A stretch of DNA of 64,000 nt from a virus (IMGVR_UViG_3300012286_000299:109277-173276); one strand, 5' to 3'; numbered from the stretch's first letter, positions 17,807-28,180 are shown. Notes: generated by a model from the sequence alone, not told the origin. Numbers and translations: made by a program.

Positions 17807-18214
17807 ATGAGTACAAAATTTAATGAATTTGACATTCTATTCCACAATTTCTTTTACCCAACAAGTGGATTCGGTTCAGCAGCAACCACAAAACAACCTC
17901 ACCCTTTAAATATCTTTTATGACGATAACGGACTTCACTTTGAAGTAGCGTGTACTGGTCTTACTAAAGATGAGGTAAATGTAGATATCGAGGATGATAT
18001 CTTAAAAATTAGTTATAATAAAGCAGAAGAAGAAAAAGAACTTCATCCTGGAACAATCGTAAGAGGATTGTCTAAAAAATCTTTTAATTTAGGTTATAAA
18101 ATTTCAGCTAAATATGATTTGTCATTAGCACTAGCAAAACTAGAAAATGGTTTGCTAGAAATTTCTATACCTGTAGCTGAAAAAGCAAAACCAAAATCAA
18201 TAAAAATAAAATAA
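17807..18214 (+). CDS. small heat-shock protein (Hsp20/alpha-crystallin)
   Basis: LHFEVACTGLTKDEVNVDIEDDILKISYNK ... LENGLLEISIP. Confidence 0.8.
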   Translation: MSTKFNEFDILFHNFFYPTSGFGSAATTKQPHPLNIFYDDNGLHFEVACTGLTKDEVNVDIEDDILKISYNKAEEEKELHPGTIVRGLSKKSFNLGYKISAKYDLSLALAKLENGLLEISIPVAEKAKPKSIKIK

Positions 18215-18242
18215 AAATCTAAGCCCTTAGGTTAAGTTTTAT

Positions 18243-18273
18243 TTGGAGATTCAAGAAAAATTTATTATATTAT
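18243..18273 (+). promoter_or_regulatory. promoter, TTG-N20-TATATTAT
   Basis: TTG at 18243-18245 (the ORF track used it as a start codon), 20-nt spacer, TATATTAT. Confidence 0.55.
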
Positions 18274-18299
18274 ATAATAAAAATTTAATTATAAAAGTT

Positions 18300-18602
18300 A
18301 TGGCAAATCCTCAATTCAAAGGTAGACAAAAAGGATCTATCAAAAAAACATCAACAATTTCCGATCCATCATTGGGTAATTTTAAAATTATCGTAGATGA
18401 TGAAAGTTATAATCTAGTTTTAACTGACCCTGAAACTGGAAAGGAAAAAATTATTGGTTATTATACTAGATTAACTAATGCTTTAAAGTATGTAGTTAGA
18501 ACCCAAACAGTTGAGAAAAAACCAACTTATACTATTAAAGAATATATCCAAGAATTAGAAACAGTTTTAAACAATTTAAACAATTTAATTAACAATGAGT
18601 AA
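18300..18602 (+). CDS. hypothetical protein
   Basis: The ORF-track frame was trimmed to the first ATG (MANPQFKGRQ), downstream of the promoter. Confidence 0.6.
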   Translation: MANPQFKGRQKGSIKKTSTISDPSLGNFKIIVDDESYNLVLTDPETGKEKIIGYYTRLTNALKYVVRTQTVEKKPTYTIKEYIQELETVLNNLNNLINNE

Positions 18603-18888
18603 ATTAGAATCAAGAGGTGGTAGTATCATCTTAAAACAACTTGAAGAAAATGAAATGAAAGTTGGTAACATCATTATCCCTGATAATGGTCATGAAAAAT
18701 CACTTGTAGCTGAAATTATAGCAGTATCAGATGTATTTAATTGGCATAGAGGAGAATTTGTACCATCAGATCTAAAAATAGGTCAAAAAGTAGTAATCCC
18801 ACCAATGGGAGCACAAAAATTAACATTAGATAATGTAGATTATTTAATCATTTCACAAGAACAAATCCCAGCAATAATAGTAGATTAA
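18595..18888 (+). CDS. groES: co-chaperonin GroES/Cpn10-like
   Basis: 97 aa, directly upstream of groEL. GNIIIPD ... KIGQKVVIPP pattern. Confidence 0.75.
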   Translation: MSKLESRGGSIILKQLEENEMKVGNIIIPDNGHEKSLVAEIIAVSDVFNWHRGEFVPSDLKIGQKVVIPPMGAQKLTLDNVDYLIISQEQIPAIIVD

Positions 18889-18890
18889 TT

Positions 18891-20531
18891 ATGACAGAAA
18901 CAGTATTTGGACCCGAATTAAAATCAAAACTATTAGAAGGAGTTAGAAAACTCAATAATAGTGTATCATCTACCCTAGGACCAGCAGGTAGAACAGTATT
19001 AATTAAAGGTGAGTATGGTCAATTAACCGTAACTAAAGACGGTGTATCCGTAGCTAAGGCTTTTAAAGAATTAGAAGATCCAGTAGAATCTACAGGTGCA
19101 GAATTAGTACAAAAAGTATCAGTTAAATCCGCAAATGAAGTTGGAGATGGAACAACTACAGGTACTTTATTAACCTATGCTCTTTTAGAAGAAGGTTTAA
19201 AACATGTTAATGCAGGACAAAATGCAGTAGAAATTAAAAAAGGTATTGATGCTGCTGTAGAAGAAATTAAATCCTCACTTAACAATTTAACAGAAGATAT
19301 TTCTGATAACCAACAAATTAAAGAAGTTGCTACTATTTCAGGTAATAACGATGAAGAAATTGGTAATTTAATTGCTACTGCTTTAGAAAAAGTAGGCAGA
19401 GATGGAGTAGTTGCTATTGAAGAGTCTAAATCAGGCGAAACTTCACTTGAAGTTGTAGAAGGTATGCAGTTTGATAGAGGTTACAAATCACCTTATTTTG
19501 TAACTGATAATAATACAATGACAGCTGTATTAGATAACCCATATATTTTAATTTATAATGGTAGAATTACTAACCACCAAGAATTAATTCCAGCTTTAAC
19601 TTTAGCTAACACTGAAAAACGTTCATTATTAGTAGTAGCAGAAGATATTGATGGTGAAGCATTAGCAGTAGCTATTGTTAATAAAATGAGAGGTATTGTA
19701 AATGTTGTTGCTGTTAAAGCTCCTGATTTTGGAGATCGTAGAACAATGGCTTTAGAAGATTTAGCTATTATTACAGGTGGTCAAGTTTTATCTAAAGATA
19801 AGGGGCATAAATTAGAAAAAATTGATGTTAATACCTTAAAACAATGTTTAGGTACATCTCGTACTGCTACAATTGGAAAAGAGAAAACTACTATTGTAGA
19901 TGGTAAAGGTGAAGAAGAAGCTATTACAACTAGAGCTCAAGAAATTAAAAAACAAATTGATGACGCTGGTTCACCATTTGAAAAAGAAAAATTACAAGAG
20001 CGTTTAGGTAAGATGATTGGTGGAGTAGCTATTATTAACGTAGGTGGTAATAGTGAATTAGAAATCAAAGAGAAAAAAGATAGAGTAGAAGATGCTTTAT
20101 TCGCTACAAGAGCTGCTTTAGAAGAAGGTATTGTAGTAGGTGGTGGTACTGCTTTATTATATGCTAGAAAATCTATTACATTTGAAGGTGCAAATGATTT
20201 TGTTTTAGGTAAAAAAATAGTTTATAAAGCTGTAACAGCACCCTTCCAGAAAATTTTAACTAATGCCGGACACGATCTTGTAGAAGTACAATATTTAGGT
20301 TCTAAATTAACTGATTCTGAAAAAGGAAGTAATTGGGCAGGTCTTAATTATAAAGATTTATCAACAATGGATTTCAAATCAGCAGGTATTATTGATCCTA
20401 AAAAAGTAACTCGTATTGCATTAGAAAATGCAGCATCAGTTGCAGGTACAATTTTAACAACTGAATCTGTAATCTACGAGAAAAAAGAAGACAATAAAGA
20501 AGAAATCAATCCTATGCAAGGAATGATGTAA
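18891..20531 (+). CDS. groEL: chaperonin GroEL/Cpn60
   Basis: GPAGRTVLI, VTKDGVSVAK, VGDGTTTGT, GIVVGGGTALL, and a PMQGMM tail. Confidence 0.97.
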   Translation: MTETVFGPELKSKLLEGVRKLNNSVSSTLGPAGRTVLIKGEYGQLTVTKDGVSVAKAFKELEDPVESTGAELVQKVSVKSANEVGDGTTTGTLLTYALLEEGLKHVNAGQNAVEIKKGIDAAVEEIKSSLNNLTEDISDNQQIKEVATISGNNDEEIGNLIATALEKVGRDGVVAIEESKSGETSLEVVEGMQFDRGYKSPYFVTDNNTMTAVLDNPYILIYNGRITNHQELIPALTLANTEKRSLLVVAEDIDGEALAVAIVNKMRGIVNVVAVKAPDFGDRRTMALEDLAIITGGQVLSKDKGHKLEKIDVNTLKQCLGTSRTATIGKEKTTIVDGKGEEEAITTRAQEIKKQIDDAGSPFEKEKLQERLGKMIGGVAIINVGGNSELEIKEKKDRVEDALFATRAALEEGIVVGGGTALLYARKSITFEGANDFVLGKKIVYKAVTAPFQKILTNAGHDLVEVQYLGSKLTDSEKGSNWAGLNYKDLSTMDFKSAGIIDPKKVTRIALENAASVAGTILTTESVIYEKKEDNKEEINPMQGMM

Positions 20532-20536
20532 TAAAT

Positions 20537-20567
20537 TTGGAGTCTCGAAAGAGACTCCATATATTAA
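20537..20567 (+). promoter_or_regulatory. promoter, TTG-N20-TATATTAA
   Basis: TTG at 20537-20539. The spacer is the hairpin. TATATTAA at 20560-20567. Precedes ORF 20574. Confidence 0.55.
20539..20558 (+). terminator. hairpin after groEL
   Basis: GGAGTCTC GAAA GAGACTCC. There is no long T run, and it sits inside the next promoter's spacer. Confidence 0.55.
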
Positions 20568-20573
20568 AAAGTT

Positions 20574-21485
20574 ATGTTCAATAAAAAACACACTATTTGG
20601 GTAGAAAAATACAGACCAGATACTTTAGAAGGGTATATTGGTAATGAATTTTTTGTAGAGAAATTAAATCAATGGGTAGGAGATAATGATATCCCTCATC
20701 TATTACTTACAGGTCCTGCTGGTACAGGAAAAACAACTGCTGCTAAATTAATAGTAAATAATATTAATTGTGATTTTATCTACATTAATTGTTCAGATGA
20801 AAATGGTGTTGATACTATTAGAGATAAAGTAAAATCGTTTGTTTCCGCTGCTAGTTTTAAACCACTTAAAGTGGTTATAATGGATGAAGCAGATTTCTTA
20901 ACACTTAATGCTCAAGCATCTTTAAGAAACGTAATTGAAACTTATAGTTTAAATGCTCGTTTTATATTTACTTGTAATTTTGTAGAAAGAATTATGGAAC
21001 CAATTCAATCTAGAACAAATATATTTGAATTAATGCCTCCTTCTATGCAAGATGTAGCATTCAAATGTGTTGAAATTTTAGATTTAGAAAAAATTACTTA
21101 TACTAGAGCAGATATAGTAAGAATTGTAAAACAAACTTACCCTGATATTAGAAAGTGTTTAAACTTACTCCAAATATCTATTAGAAATGGAGAATTAATT
21201 GAAAGTAGAACTTCATCTAATTTTAAACAAACCTCTGACCAAGTAATAGAATTACTTAAAACTAAAAACGTTAAAAACTTTACTGCTATAAGACAGTTAG
21301 TAATGGATTCTAATGTTAGAGATTACAACGAGTTATATAGAGTATTATTTGAAAGAGCAGATGAATTTAATGAATCTGCTGTTACTACTCTTATAATAGC
21401 TGATTACCAACACAAATCAATTATGGCACCTGATAAAGAAATTACATTTTGTGCCTGTATCGCTAAATTATTAACAACTAAATAA
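20574..21485 (+). CDS. clamp-loader AAA+ ATPase (RFC small subunit / gp44-like)
   Basis: Walker A GPAGTGKTT, Walker B VIMDEADFLT, sensor PIQSRT. Confidence 0.9.
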   Translation: MFNKKHTIWVEKYRPDTLEGYIGNEFFVEKLNQWVGDNDIPHLLLTGPAGTGKTTAAKLIVNNINCDFIYINCSDENGVDTIRDKVKSFVSAASFKPLKVVIMDEADFLTLNAQASLRNVIETYSLNARFIFTCNFVERIMEPIQSRTNIFELMPPSMQDVAFKCVEILDLEKITYTRADIVRIVKQTYPDIRKCLNLLQISIRNGELIESRTSSNFKQTSDQVIELLKTKNVKNFTAIRQLVMDSNVRDYNELYRVLFERADEFNESAVTTLIIADYQHKSIMAPDKEITFCACIAKLLTTK

Positions 21486-21487
21486 AA

Positions 21488-21736
21488 ATGGAAGGACAAC
21501 AACCACAAATGAGCTTAGATTTAAGCAAAACAACTCCAATTTTAACTGCTGCTGGCGGTAAAATTTGGCATCAAGGATACCTTTTAAGAAAAGTATCTAA
21601 ATTTATAACTGGTACTAATGAAGACAATGTGCTACCAATCCAAGTATTCTATGATCCAGAAACTGGTGAGATTTTAAAAGATGGTTTACCTGATGAGTTT
21701 AAATTCATTTTAGAAGATGGACAAGAAAATCAATAG
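21488..21736 (+). CDS. hypothetical protein
   Basis: ORF track. Confidence 0.55.
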   Translation: MEGQQPQMSLDLSKTTPILTAAGGKIWHQGYLLRKVSKFITGTNEDNVLPIQVFYDPETGEILKDGLPDEFKFILEDGQENQ

Positions 21737-22139
21737 TATATTTGATTGGGTAAAACAAATGTCTTATGATAAAGAATCATGGTCCTCATTTTCGAATGAG
21801 GAGCATGAAATCTTTAGTAATTTTATGGTTAACAAAATAATTTCAATGAATCCTAACTATATTGAGTTAGTAGCTGAAATACAAGAATACCAAATGCCCA
21901 AACAAAAACTATATGAATTTTATTGTAAAACTTTACCTAAACAAAAATTCTTTAACAAATATCAAAAACCCTCTAAACAACAATACCCAAAAGAAGTAAT
22001 AAATTTATTAACACTTTATTATCAAATAAGTACAAGAGAAGTTTTAGATTACTGTAATATCTTAACACAACAAGATATAAAAGATATTTTATTACAATTA
22101 GGTAAAGATGAAAAAGAAATCAAAAAATTACTAAAATGA
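21717..22139 (+). CDS. hypothetical protein (possible clamp-loader accessory subunit, by position only)
   Basis: ORF track; 20-nt overlap with the upstream ORF. Confidence 0.5.
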   Translation: MDKKINSIFDWVKQMSYDKESWSSFSNEEHEIFSNFMVNKIISMNPNYIELVAEIQEYQMPKQKLYEFYCKTLPKQKFFNKYQKPSKQQYPKEVINLLTLYYQISTREVLDYCNILTQQDIKDILLQLGKDEKEIKKLLK

Positions 22140-22420
22140 GTGATTCAATAAAAAAATTTGAAGAAATGAATGATAGAGAAATGCATTTCACCATTGATGA
22201 TGATGAAAATAATATGGTAATACATCCAAATCACTATGGAGGTAAAGATAACCCTTATGAGGCTATCAAAGTTATAGAAGCTTGGGAAGTAGGATTTAAT
22301 TTAGGTAATACACTTAAATATATTTCCAGAGCAGGTAAAAAAGATAATATAATCCAGGATTTAGAAAAAGCTCTATTTTATTTAGATAGAGAAATCCAAA
22401 ATAGAAAAAAACTTGGCTAA
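22136..22420 (+). CDS. DUF3310-like phage protein
   Basis: HPNHYGG...PYEAIKVIEAW...GNTLKYISRAGKK...DLEKALFYL. Confidence 0.6.
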   Translation: MSDSIKKFEEMNDREMHFTIDDDENNMVIHPNHYGGKDNPYEAIKVIEAWEVGFNLGNTLKYISRAGKKDNIIQDLEKALFYLDREIQNRKKLG

Positions 22421-23384
22421 ACAAATCCCACCAGTATTAAAGGATCTTAAGAAGGTAATAGTTCCACCCGTCAACTACGAAGTTAATAAGTATATATCGT
22501 ATTCTCAATTAAGTATGTTTTCTAACTGCCCTTTTCAATGGGGTTTGAGATATAGAGATGGCTTTAAAGTATTTGAACCAAGTATACACGCGGTATTTGG
22601 AACAGCATTACACTTAACTCTACAAAACTATTTAACAGTATTGTATGAAGAAAGTGGTGTAGCAGCAGATCATTTAGATATTGAGACAGATTTTAAAAAT
22701 GCTTTAAAAAACGAATACAAACTTACTTTAGAAAAGAATAATAATGTTCATTTTTCTACAGCTGCGGAATTAGCAGAATTTTGTGATGATGGGATTCAAA
22801 TCCTTAATTTCATTAGAGAAAAACGAGCTGCTTACTTTTCTAAAAAAGGTTGGTATTTAGTAGGTTGTGAGTTACCAATTGTTTTGAACCCTATTAAAAC
22901 TCTAGAAAAAGTCTTTATAACAGGTTTTATTGATGTAGTGTTTTACCATGAACCAACTAATACAATTAAGATTCTTGATATAAAGACTTCAACTAGAGGT
23001 TGGGGTGACAAAGAAAAGAAAGATGATGTTAAAGTGACTCAAATACTTCTATACAAAAAGTTCTTTGCAGAACAATATGATTTCCCAATGGATAACATTG
23101 AGGTAGAATTCTTTATTACAAGAAGAAAAGTATATGAAGGTGGAGATTTCCCACAAAAACGAATTCAAGAATTTAAACCTGCTGCAGGTAAAATAAAATT
23201 GAATAAATCTACACAATTATTAGAAGGGTTTTTAAAACAAGTATTTGATTCTGAAGGGAATTACAATATGGCCGAATTAGAGAAAAAACCAAGTAAACGT
23301 AATTGTCATTTTTGTCCTTACAAAAATAATCAAGATTTATGTGATAAAAACGAGGATATTAAAAAAACATTCAAATTTTATTAG
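22413..23384 (+). CDS. PD-(D/E)XK exonuclease, Cas4/AddB-like with Fe-S cysteines
   Basis: GFIDVVF...ILDIKTS (D...DxK), QILLYK (QxxxY), an N-terminal Cys plus C-terminal CHFCPYKNNQDLC. The track start is TTG; the true start is uncertain. Confidence 0.75.
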   Translation: MAKQIPPVLKDLKKVIVPPVNYEVNKYISYSQLSMFSNCPFQWGLRYRDGFKVFEPSIHAVFGTALHLTLQNYLTVLYEESGVAADHLDIETDFKNALKNEYKLTLEKNNNVHFSTAAELAEFCDDGIQILNFIREKRAAYFSKKGWYLVGCELPIVLNPIKTLEKVFITGFIDVVFYHEPTNTIKILDIKTSTRGWGDKEKKDDVKVTQILLYKKFFAEQYDFPMDNIEVEFFITRRKVYEGGDFPQKRIQEFKPAAGKIKLNKSTQLLEGFLKQVFDSEGNYNMAELEKKPSKRNCHFCPYKNNQDLCDKNEDIKKTFKFY

Positions 23385-23425
23385 AGTACATATATTTATA
23401 TATAATAACAATAAAAATATAAATT

Positions 23426-23614
23426 ATGTCACAAAATCAACAATTAACAAGTGTGAAGGTAGACAAAGATATCTTTGAAGCTTTCAAAATTGAGACTATT
23501 AAAACTAAGTTCTCATTACAAAAATTAGCAGATAGGTGTATGCATCTATACTTAACAGACCCTGAATTTCAAAAAATGGTTCACGATCATATGAATTTGG
23601 AATTAGAAAAATAA
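23426..23614 (+). CDS. small protein, possibly a ribbon-helix-helix DNA binder
   Basis: SVKVDKDIFEAFKIETIKTKFSLQKLADRCMHLY has a strand-helix-helix pattern (tentative). Confidence 0.5.
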   Translation: MSQNQQLTSVKVDKDIFEAFKIETIKTKFSLQKLADRCMHLYLTDPEFQKMVHDHMNLELEK

Positions 23615-23619
23615 AATTT

Positions 23620-25044
23620 ATGAAAGAAGGTTATATACCAAAAGAACAAAGAAAAAAGATATTATTCATTTGTGATGATATCAGAATGCACTCGGGTGTA
23701 GCTACAATGGCTCGAGAAATAGTTTTAGGAACCTCTCACCATTATAACTGGGTAATAATTGGAGCAGCTATTGATCATCCTGAATCAGGACAAAGATTAG
23801 ACTTATCTGATGCTACTAACAAAGAAACTGGAAATGAGGATACAAATGTAATTATCTATCCTAGTAATGGATATGGAAGTGCTGATTTAATCAGATATAT
23901 GATAAAGAATGAAAAACCTGATGGGTTAATGTTCTTTACGGATCCAAGATATTATGACTGGTTATTTGCTATCGAAAATGAAGTAAGAAAACAAATACCA
24001 ATGATTTACTTAAACATTTGGGATGATTTACCTGCTCCACTTTATAATAGAGCATTCTATGAATCATGTGATGCTTTATTAGCTATCTCAAAACAAACCA
24101 AAAACATTAATGAAATGGTTTTAGGTAAAAAAGCAGATGGTAAAGTTATCTCTTATGTACCTCATGGTATTAATGAAAAAATGTTTTATCCTATAGAAGA
24201 TAAAACACAGTTACAAGAAACTAAGAAAAAATTATTTGGAGATAAAGAATTTGATTTTGTATTATTCTTTAATTCACGTAATATTAGGAGAAAATGTACT
24301 AGTGATTTATTAGCAGCTCATAAAATGTTTTTAGATTCTTTACCTAAAGAAAAAGCTGATAAAATTGCCTTAGTATTACATACACAAGTTGTAGATAATA
24401 ATGGTACTGATTTAGATGCTGTTAGAACTTTATTATTTGGTAAGAAATCAAACATATTCTTTTCAGATCAAAGAATTGATACTGCTGAGTTAAATAGAAT
24501 TTATAATATATCTGATGCTGTAGTATTACCTTCTTCAAATGAAGGATGGGGATTAGCAATAACTGAAGCTATGATGGCTGGTAAAATGATAATCGCTAAT
24601 GTAACTGGAGGTATGCAAGATCAAATGCGTTTTGAGGATGAAAATGGTAAATGGATTGAATTAACACCTGAATTTCCTTCTAATCATTTTGGTACTTATA
24701 AAAAATGTGGTAAGTGGGCTGTACCTGTATTCCCTAATAACATGTCATTAGTAGGTTCACCTATAACTCCTTATATTTGGGATGATAGATTAGATTTTAG
24801 AGACTTAGCAAATGCTATTAATCAGGTTTATGAATTATCTCCTGAAGAAAGAGTAGAAAATGGTAAAGCAGCTAGAGAATGGGTAACTTCTGATGAATCT
24901 GGTATGAGTGCTAGAATGATGTGCAATAATGTAATTAAAGATATTGATTTAACTTTAGAAACATTTAAACCTAAAAAATCATTTGATCTACTTTTAGTAG
25001 AAGATTTGGAACCTCTAGAATTAGTTCATAAATTAACGTATTAA
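23620..25044 (+). CDS. GT-B glycosyltransferase (GT4-like)
   Basis: LPSSNEGWGLAITEAMMAGKMIIANVTGG (EX7E motif). Confidence 0.8.
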   Translation: MKEGYIPKEQRKKILFICDDIRMHSGVATMAREIVLGTSHHYNWVIIGAAIDHPESGQRLDLSDATNKETGNEDTNVIIYPSNGYGSADLIRYMIKNEKPDGLMFFTDPRYYDWLFAIENEVRKQIPMIYLNIWDDLPAPLYNRAFYESCDALLAISKQTKNINEMVLGKKADGKVISYVPHGINEKMFYPIEDKTQLQETKKKLFGDKEFDFVLFFNSRNIRRKCTSDLLAAHKMFLDSLPKEKADKIALVLHTQVVDNNGTDLDAVRTLLFGKKSNIFFSDQRIDTAELNRIYNISDAVVLPSSNEGWGLAITEAMMAGKMIIANVTGGMQDQMRFEDENGKWIELTPEFPSNHFGTYKKCGKWAVPVFPNNMSLVGSPITPYIWDDRLDFRDLANAINQVYELSPEERVENGKAAREWVTSDESGMSARMMCNNVIKDIDLTLETFKPKKSFDLLLVEDLEPLELVHKLTY

Positions 25045-25102
25045 TTAGATAAGATAAGTTTTCCATTGGGTACATATATTTATTATCATAAATACGTACC
25101 TA

Positions 25103-25774
25103 ATGGATTATCAAAGAATTTACAACCAATTAATAGAAAAAGCTCAAAGTAGAACCTTAGAAGGTTATATTGAAAAACATCATATTATCCCTAAATGTCT
25201 AGGAGGAAGTAATGATAAAGAAAATTTAGTAGAATTAACAGCAAGAGAACATTTTTTATGTCATATGTTACTTTGTGAGATTTATCCTAAAGAAAATAAA
25301 CTAAAACATGCCTTATTTTTAATGTCTATTGGTAAACAAAGGATTAAAGAAAAACATTATGTTGTTGGTTCTAGAGTTTATGAAAGGCTTAAAACTGAAT
25401 ATTCTCAATTTTTAACAGGTAAAAAACAATCACAAGAAACTAAAGATAAAAAGAGTAAAGCTATGTTAGGAATTTGGGAAGATAAAACCCAAGAAGAAAA
25501 ATCTAAGATAGGACAAAAAAGATGGGACACTAGAATCAAAAATGGGACTACTAATATTAAAAGTATTAATAGAAGTAAATCATTAAAGGGTAGAGAAATT
25601 ACATGGGACCGAGGAGTTAATAAAATCATTATTCAATATGATAAACAAAATAACTTTATTAAAGAATGGTCTAGTATATCAGAAGCTCAAAGGCAAATAG
25701 GAGGGGATATTAAAGGTGCTTTAGCAGGGAGGCAAAAAACTGCTGCAGGTTTTATTTGGAAATACAAAAACTAG
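25103..25774 (+). CDS. HNH homing endonuclease with a C-terminal HTH tail, inserted between two GT genes
   Basis: EKHHIIPKCLGGSNDKENLVELTAREH. Tail reads WSSISEAQRQIGGDIKGALAGRQKTAAGFIWKY. Confidence 0.85.
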   Translation: MDYQRIYNQLIEKAQSRTLEGYIEKHHIIPKCLGGSNDKENLVELTAREHFLCHMLLCEIYPKENKLKHALFLMSIGKQRIKEKHYVVGSRVYERLKTEYSQFLTGKKQSQETKDKKSKAMLGIWEDKTQEEKSKIGQKRWDTRIKNGTTNIKSINRSKSLKGREITWDRGVNKIIIQYDKQNNFIKEWSSISEAQRQIGGDIKGALAGRQKTAAGFIWKYKN

Positions 25775-25786
25775 TTATTATATTAA
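25756..25786 (+). promoter_or_regulatory. promoter, TTG-N20-TATATTAA
   Basis: The -33 TTG lies inside the 3' end of the HNH ORF. TATATTAA at 25779-25786. Precedes ORF 25798. Confidence 0.5.
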
Positions 25787-25797
25787 AATAAAAAAAA

Positions 25798-27105
25798 ATG
25801 AAAAATACATTTGTGATATCATGTCCCATAGATTGTTATGCAGGGTATGGAGCACGTTCACGTGATTTAGTTAAAGCGTTAATTAATTTAGATAAATACG
25901 ATGTTAAAATAATGCCTCAACGTTGGGGAAATACACCTTGGAGTTTTATTGAAGATCATCAAGAAGAATGGGGATTTTTACAACCACATATTTTAACAGG
26001 TCAGTTAACTCAACAACCTGATATTTGGGCTCAAATAACAGTACCTAATGAATTTCAAGCTATTGGAAAATATAATATTGGAATAACAGCGGGTATCGAA
26101 ACTACTATTTGTGCTCCTCAATGGATTGAGGGTATGAATAGAATGAGTTTAAATTTAGTTTCATCAGAACATGCTAAAAAAGTATTTCAAGATTCTAAAT
26201 TTCAAAAACATGATGAAAGGACTAAACAAGTTGTTGGTGTAATAGAATTAACATCTCCTATTGAAGTATTATTTGAAGGAGTAGATATTGTTAAATACTT
26301 TGCATCTACATTAACTCCTACTTCCGAAATAAAGCAAGCCTTAGATAATGTAAAAGAAGAGTTTGCATTTTTATTTGTGGGTCATTGGCTTCAAGGTGAT
26401 TGGGGTCAAGATAGAAAAGATGTAGGAGGGTTAGTTAGAGTATTCTTAGAAGCCTTTAAAAATAAATCTAAAAAACCTGCTCTTATATTAAAAACAATGT
26501 CAGGTCCAACTAGTATTATAGATAGAGATAATATCTTGAAAAAAATAGACGTTATAAGACAATCTATGCCTACTAAAAACTTACCTAATATTTACTTATT
26601 TCATGGTGAAATATCAGACGATGAAATGAATCAATTATATAACCATTCTAAAGTAAAAGCAATGGTTAGTTTTACTAAAGGAGAAGGATTTGGTAGACCT
26701 TTACTTGAATTTACTCAAACTAAAAAACCAGTTATTGCTTCAAATTGGAGTGGACAATTGGATTTCTTAAACCCTGAATTTACTTCATTAATACCTGGTA
26801 CTTTAACTAATATTCATCCATCTGCTCAAGTTAAGGATATGTTAATTGATGGTTCACAGTGGTTTACAGTAGATTATGGATTTGCTGGTGGTATATTAAG
26901 AGATTATTTTGAAAATTATAAAAAATATCAAGATAATGGTAAACGTTTAGCACATTATTGTAAAACTAATTTCTCATTTGAGAAAATGCAAGAAAAATTA
27001 GATACTATATTAACTGCTAATATACCTGAGTTTCCAAAGCAAGTGCAATTGAAATTACCTCAATTAAAAAAGGTTGAGTTACCTAAATTAAAAAAAGTAG
27101 AATAA
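25798..27105 (+). CDS. GT-B glycosyltransferase
   Basis: SFTKGEGFGRPLLEFTQTKKPVIASNWSG (EX7E-like). Confidence 0.75.
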   Translation: MKNTFVISCPIDCYAGYGARSRDLVKALINLDKYDVKIMPQRWGNTPWSFIEDHQEEWGFLQPHILTGQLTQQPDIWAQITVPNEFQAIGKYNIGITAGIETTICAPQWIEGMNRMSLNLVSSEHAKKVFQDSKFQKHDERTKQVVGVIELTSPIEVLFEGVDIVKYFASTLTPTSEIKQALDNVKEEFAFLFVGHWLQGDWGQDRKDVGGLVRVFLEAFKNKSKKPALILKTMSGPTSIIDRDNILKKIDVIRQSMPTKNLPNIYLFHGEISDDEMNQLYNHSKVKAMVSFTKGEGFGRPLLEFTQTKKPVIASNWSGQLDFLNPEFTSLIPGTLTNIHPSAQVKDMLIDGSQWFTVDYGFAGGILRDYFENYKKYQDNGKRLAHYCKTNFSFEKMQEKLDTILTANIPEFPKQVQLKLPQLKKVELPKLKKVE

Positions 27106-27106
27106 A

Positions 27107-27559
27107 ATGAAAGATAAATTATCTATATGCCCACGTTGCGGGAGTGATGCTTGTTATGTCACTCCTGTAAATGAAGTAAAAAACAACTATTTCTGTTTTG
27201 GATGTGGTTTTCAAACAAATGACCTAATGAAAGAAGGTGAATTTGATTTTGAAACATATGAAGAACCATTACCTGAACTATATAAAGATCTTAAAAACAC
27301 TGATTCAGAAAAACGTGTTTGGTATCCAATTACTATTAATATTCAGGATAAAGGAACGGTATTTGCCAATGGAAAAACCAAAGATAATTGGACATGGGCA
27401 GGAGTAAAGGCCGTTGAAGTAAGCGAAGAAGAAAAAGGTAAATTTAAAATACCTGGTACTGAAGATTACTATACTCATAAAACTGATATTAAATCTTTAA
27501 AGAATTATCCACAAGATGATTTTATTGAAGCCCTAGATTATATAGGTTTTTATAATTAA
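27107..27559 (+). CDS. zinc-ribbon protein
   Basis: CPRCGSDAC ... CFGCG. Confidence 0.6.
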   Translation: MKDKLSICPRCGSDACYVTPVNEVKNNYFCFGCGFQTNDLMKEGEFDFETYEEPLPELYKDLKNTDSEKRVWYPITINIQDKGTVFANGKTKDNWTWAGVKAVEVSEEEKGKFKIPGTEDYYTHKTDIKSLKNYPQDDFIEALDYIGFYN

Positions 27560-27562
27560 TAT

Positions 27563-28180
27563 ATGAGAATAAGTTATGCAATTCCTGTTTGTAATGAACA
27601 TGAAGAATTAATGAGATTACTAAGCATCCTCATCACCAATAAAAGAGATGAGGATGAAATAGTAGTTCAATGTGATCAGGGTAATACTACACCTGAAGTA
27701 TATAAAGTATTAGACCAATTTTTTGGTAGAATAAGTGTTATAGAATTTCCATTAAAAGGTAATTTTGCGGCTTTTAAAAATAATTTAAAGAAGCATTGTA
27801 CTGGAGAATGGATTTTTCAAATTGATGCTGATGAATACGTAACTATTGAATTTTTACAAAGTTTACATTTAATTTTACAAGATAATCCTACAACAGAAGT
27901 ATTTTTGCTTCCTAGAATTAATACTGTAGAAGGATTAACTCAAGAGCATATTAATAAATGGAGATGGAATGTAAATGAGAAAGGATGGGTTAACTTCCCA
28001 GATTTACAACCTCGTATACTTCAAAATTCACCTAAAATTAATTGGGGTAATAAAGTACATGAAGTACTAATGGGTCATAGTACATGGTCTACTTTACCAT
28101 TAGAAGATGATTATTGTCTGTATCATCCAAAACATATTGAAAGACAAGAACGACAAAATAATTTATACGATTTATTATGA
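27563..28180 (+). CDS. GT-A (family 2-like) glycosyltransferase
   Basis: ISYAIPVCNEHEEL ... QIDADEY (DxD). Confidence 0.7.
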   Translation: MRISYAIPVCNEHEELMRLLSILITNKRDEDEIVVQCDQGNTTPEVYKVLDQFFGRISVIEFPLKGNFAAFKNNLKKHCTGEWIFQIDADEYVTIEFLQSLHLILQDNPTTEVFLLPRINTVEGLTQEHINKWRWNVNEKGWVNFPDLQPRILQNSPKINWGNKVHEVLMGHSTWSTLPLEDDYCLYHPKHIERQERQNNLYDLL

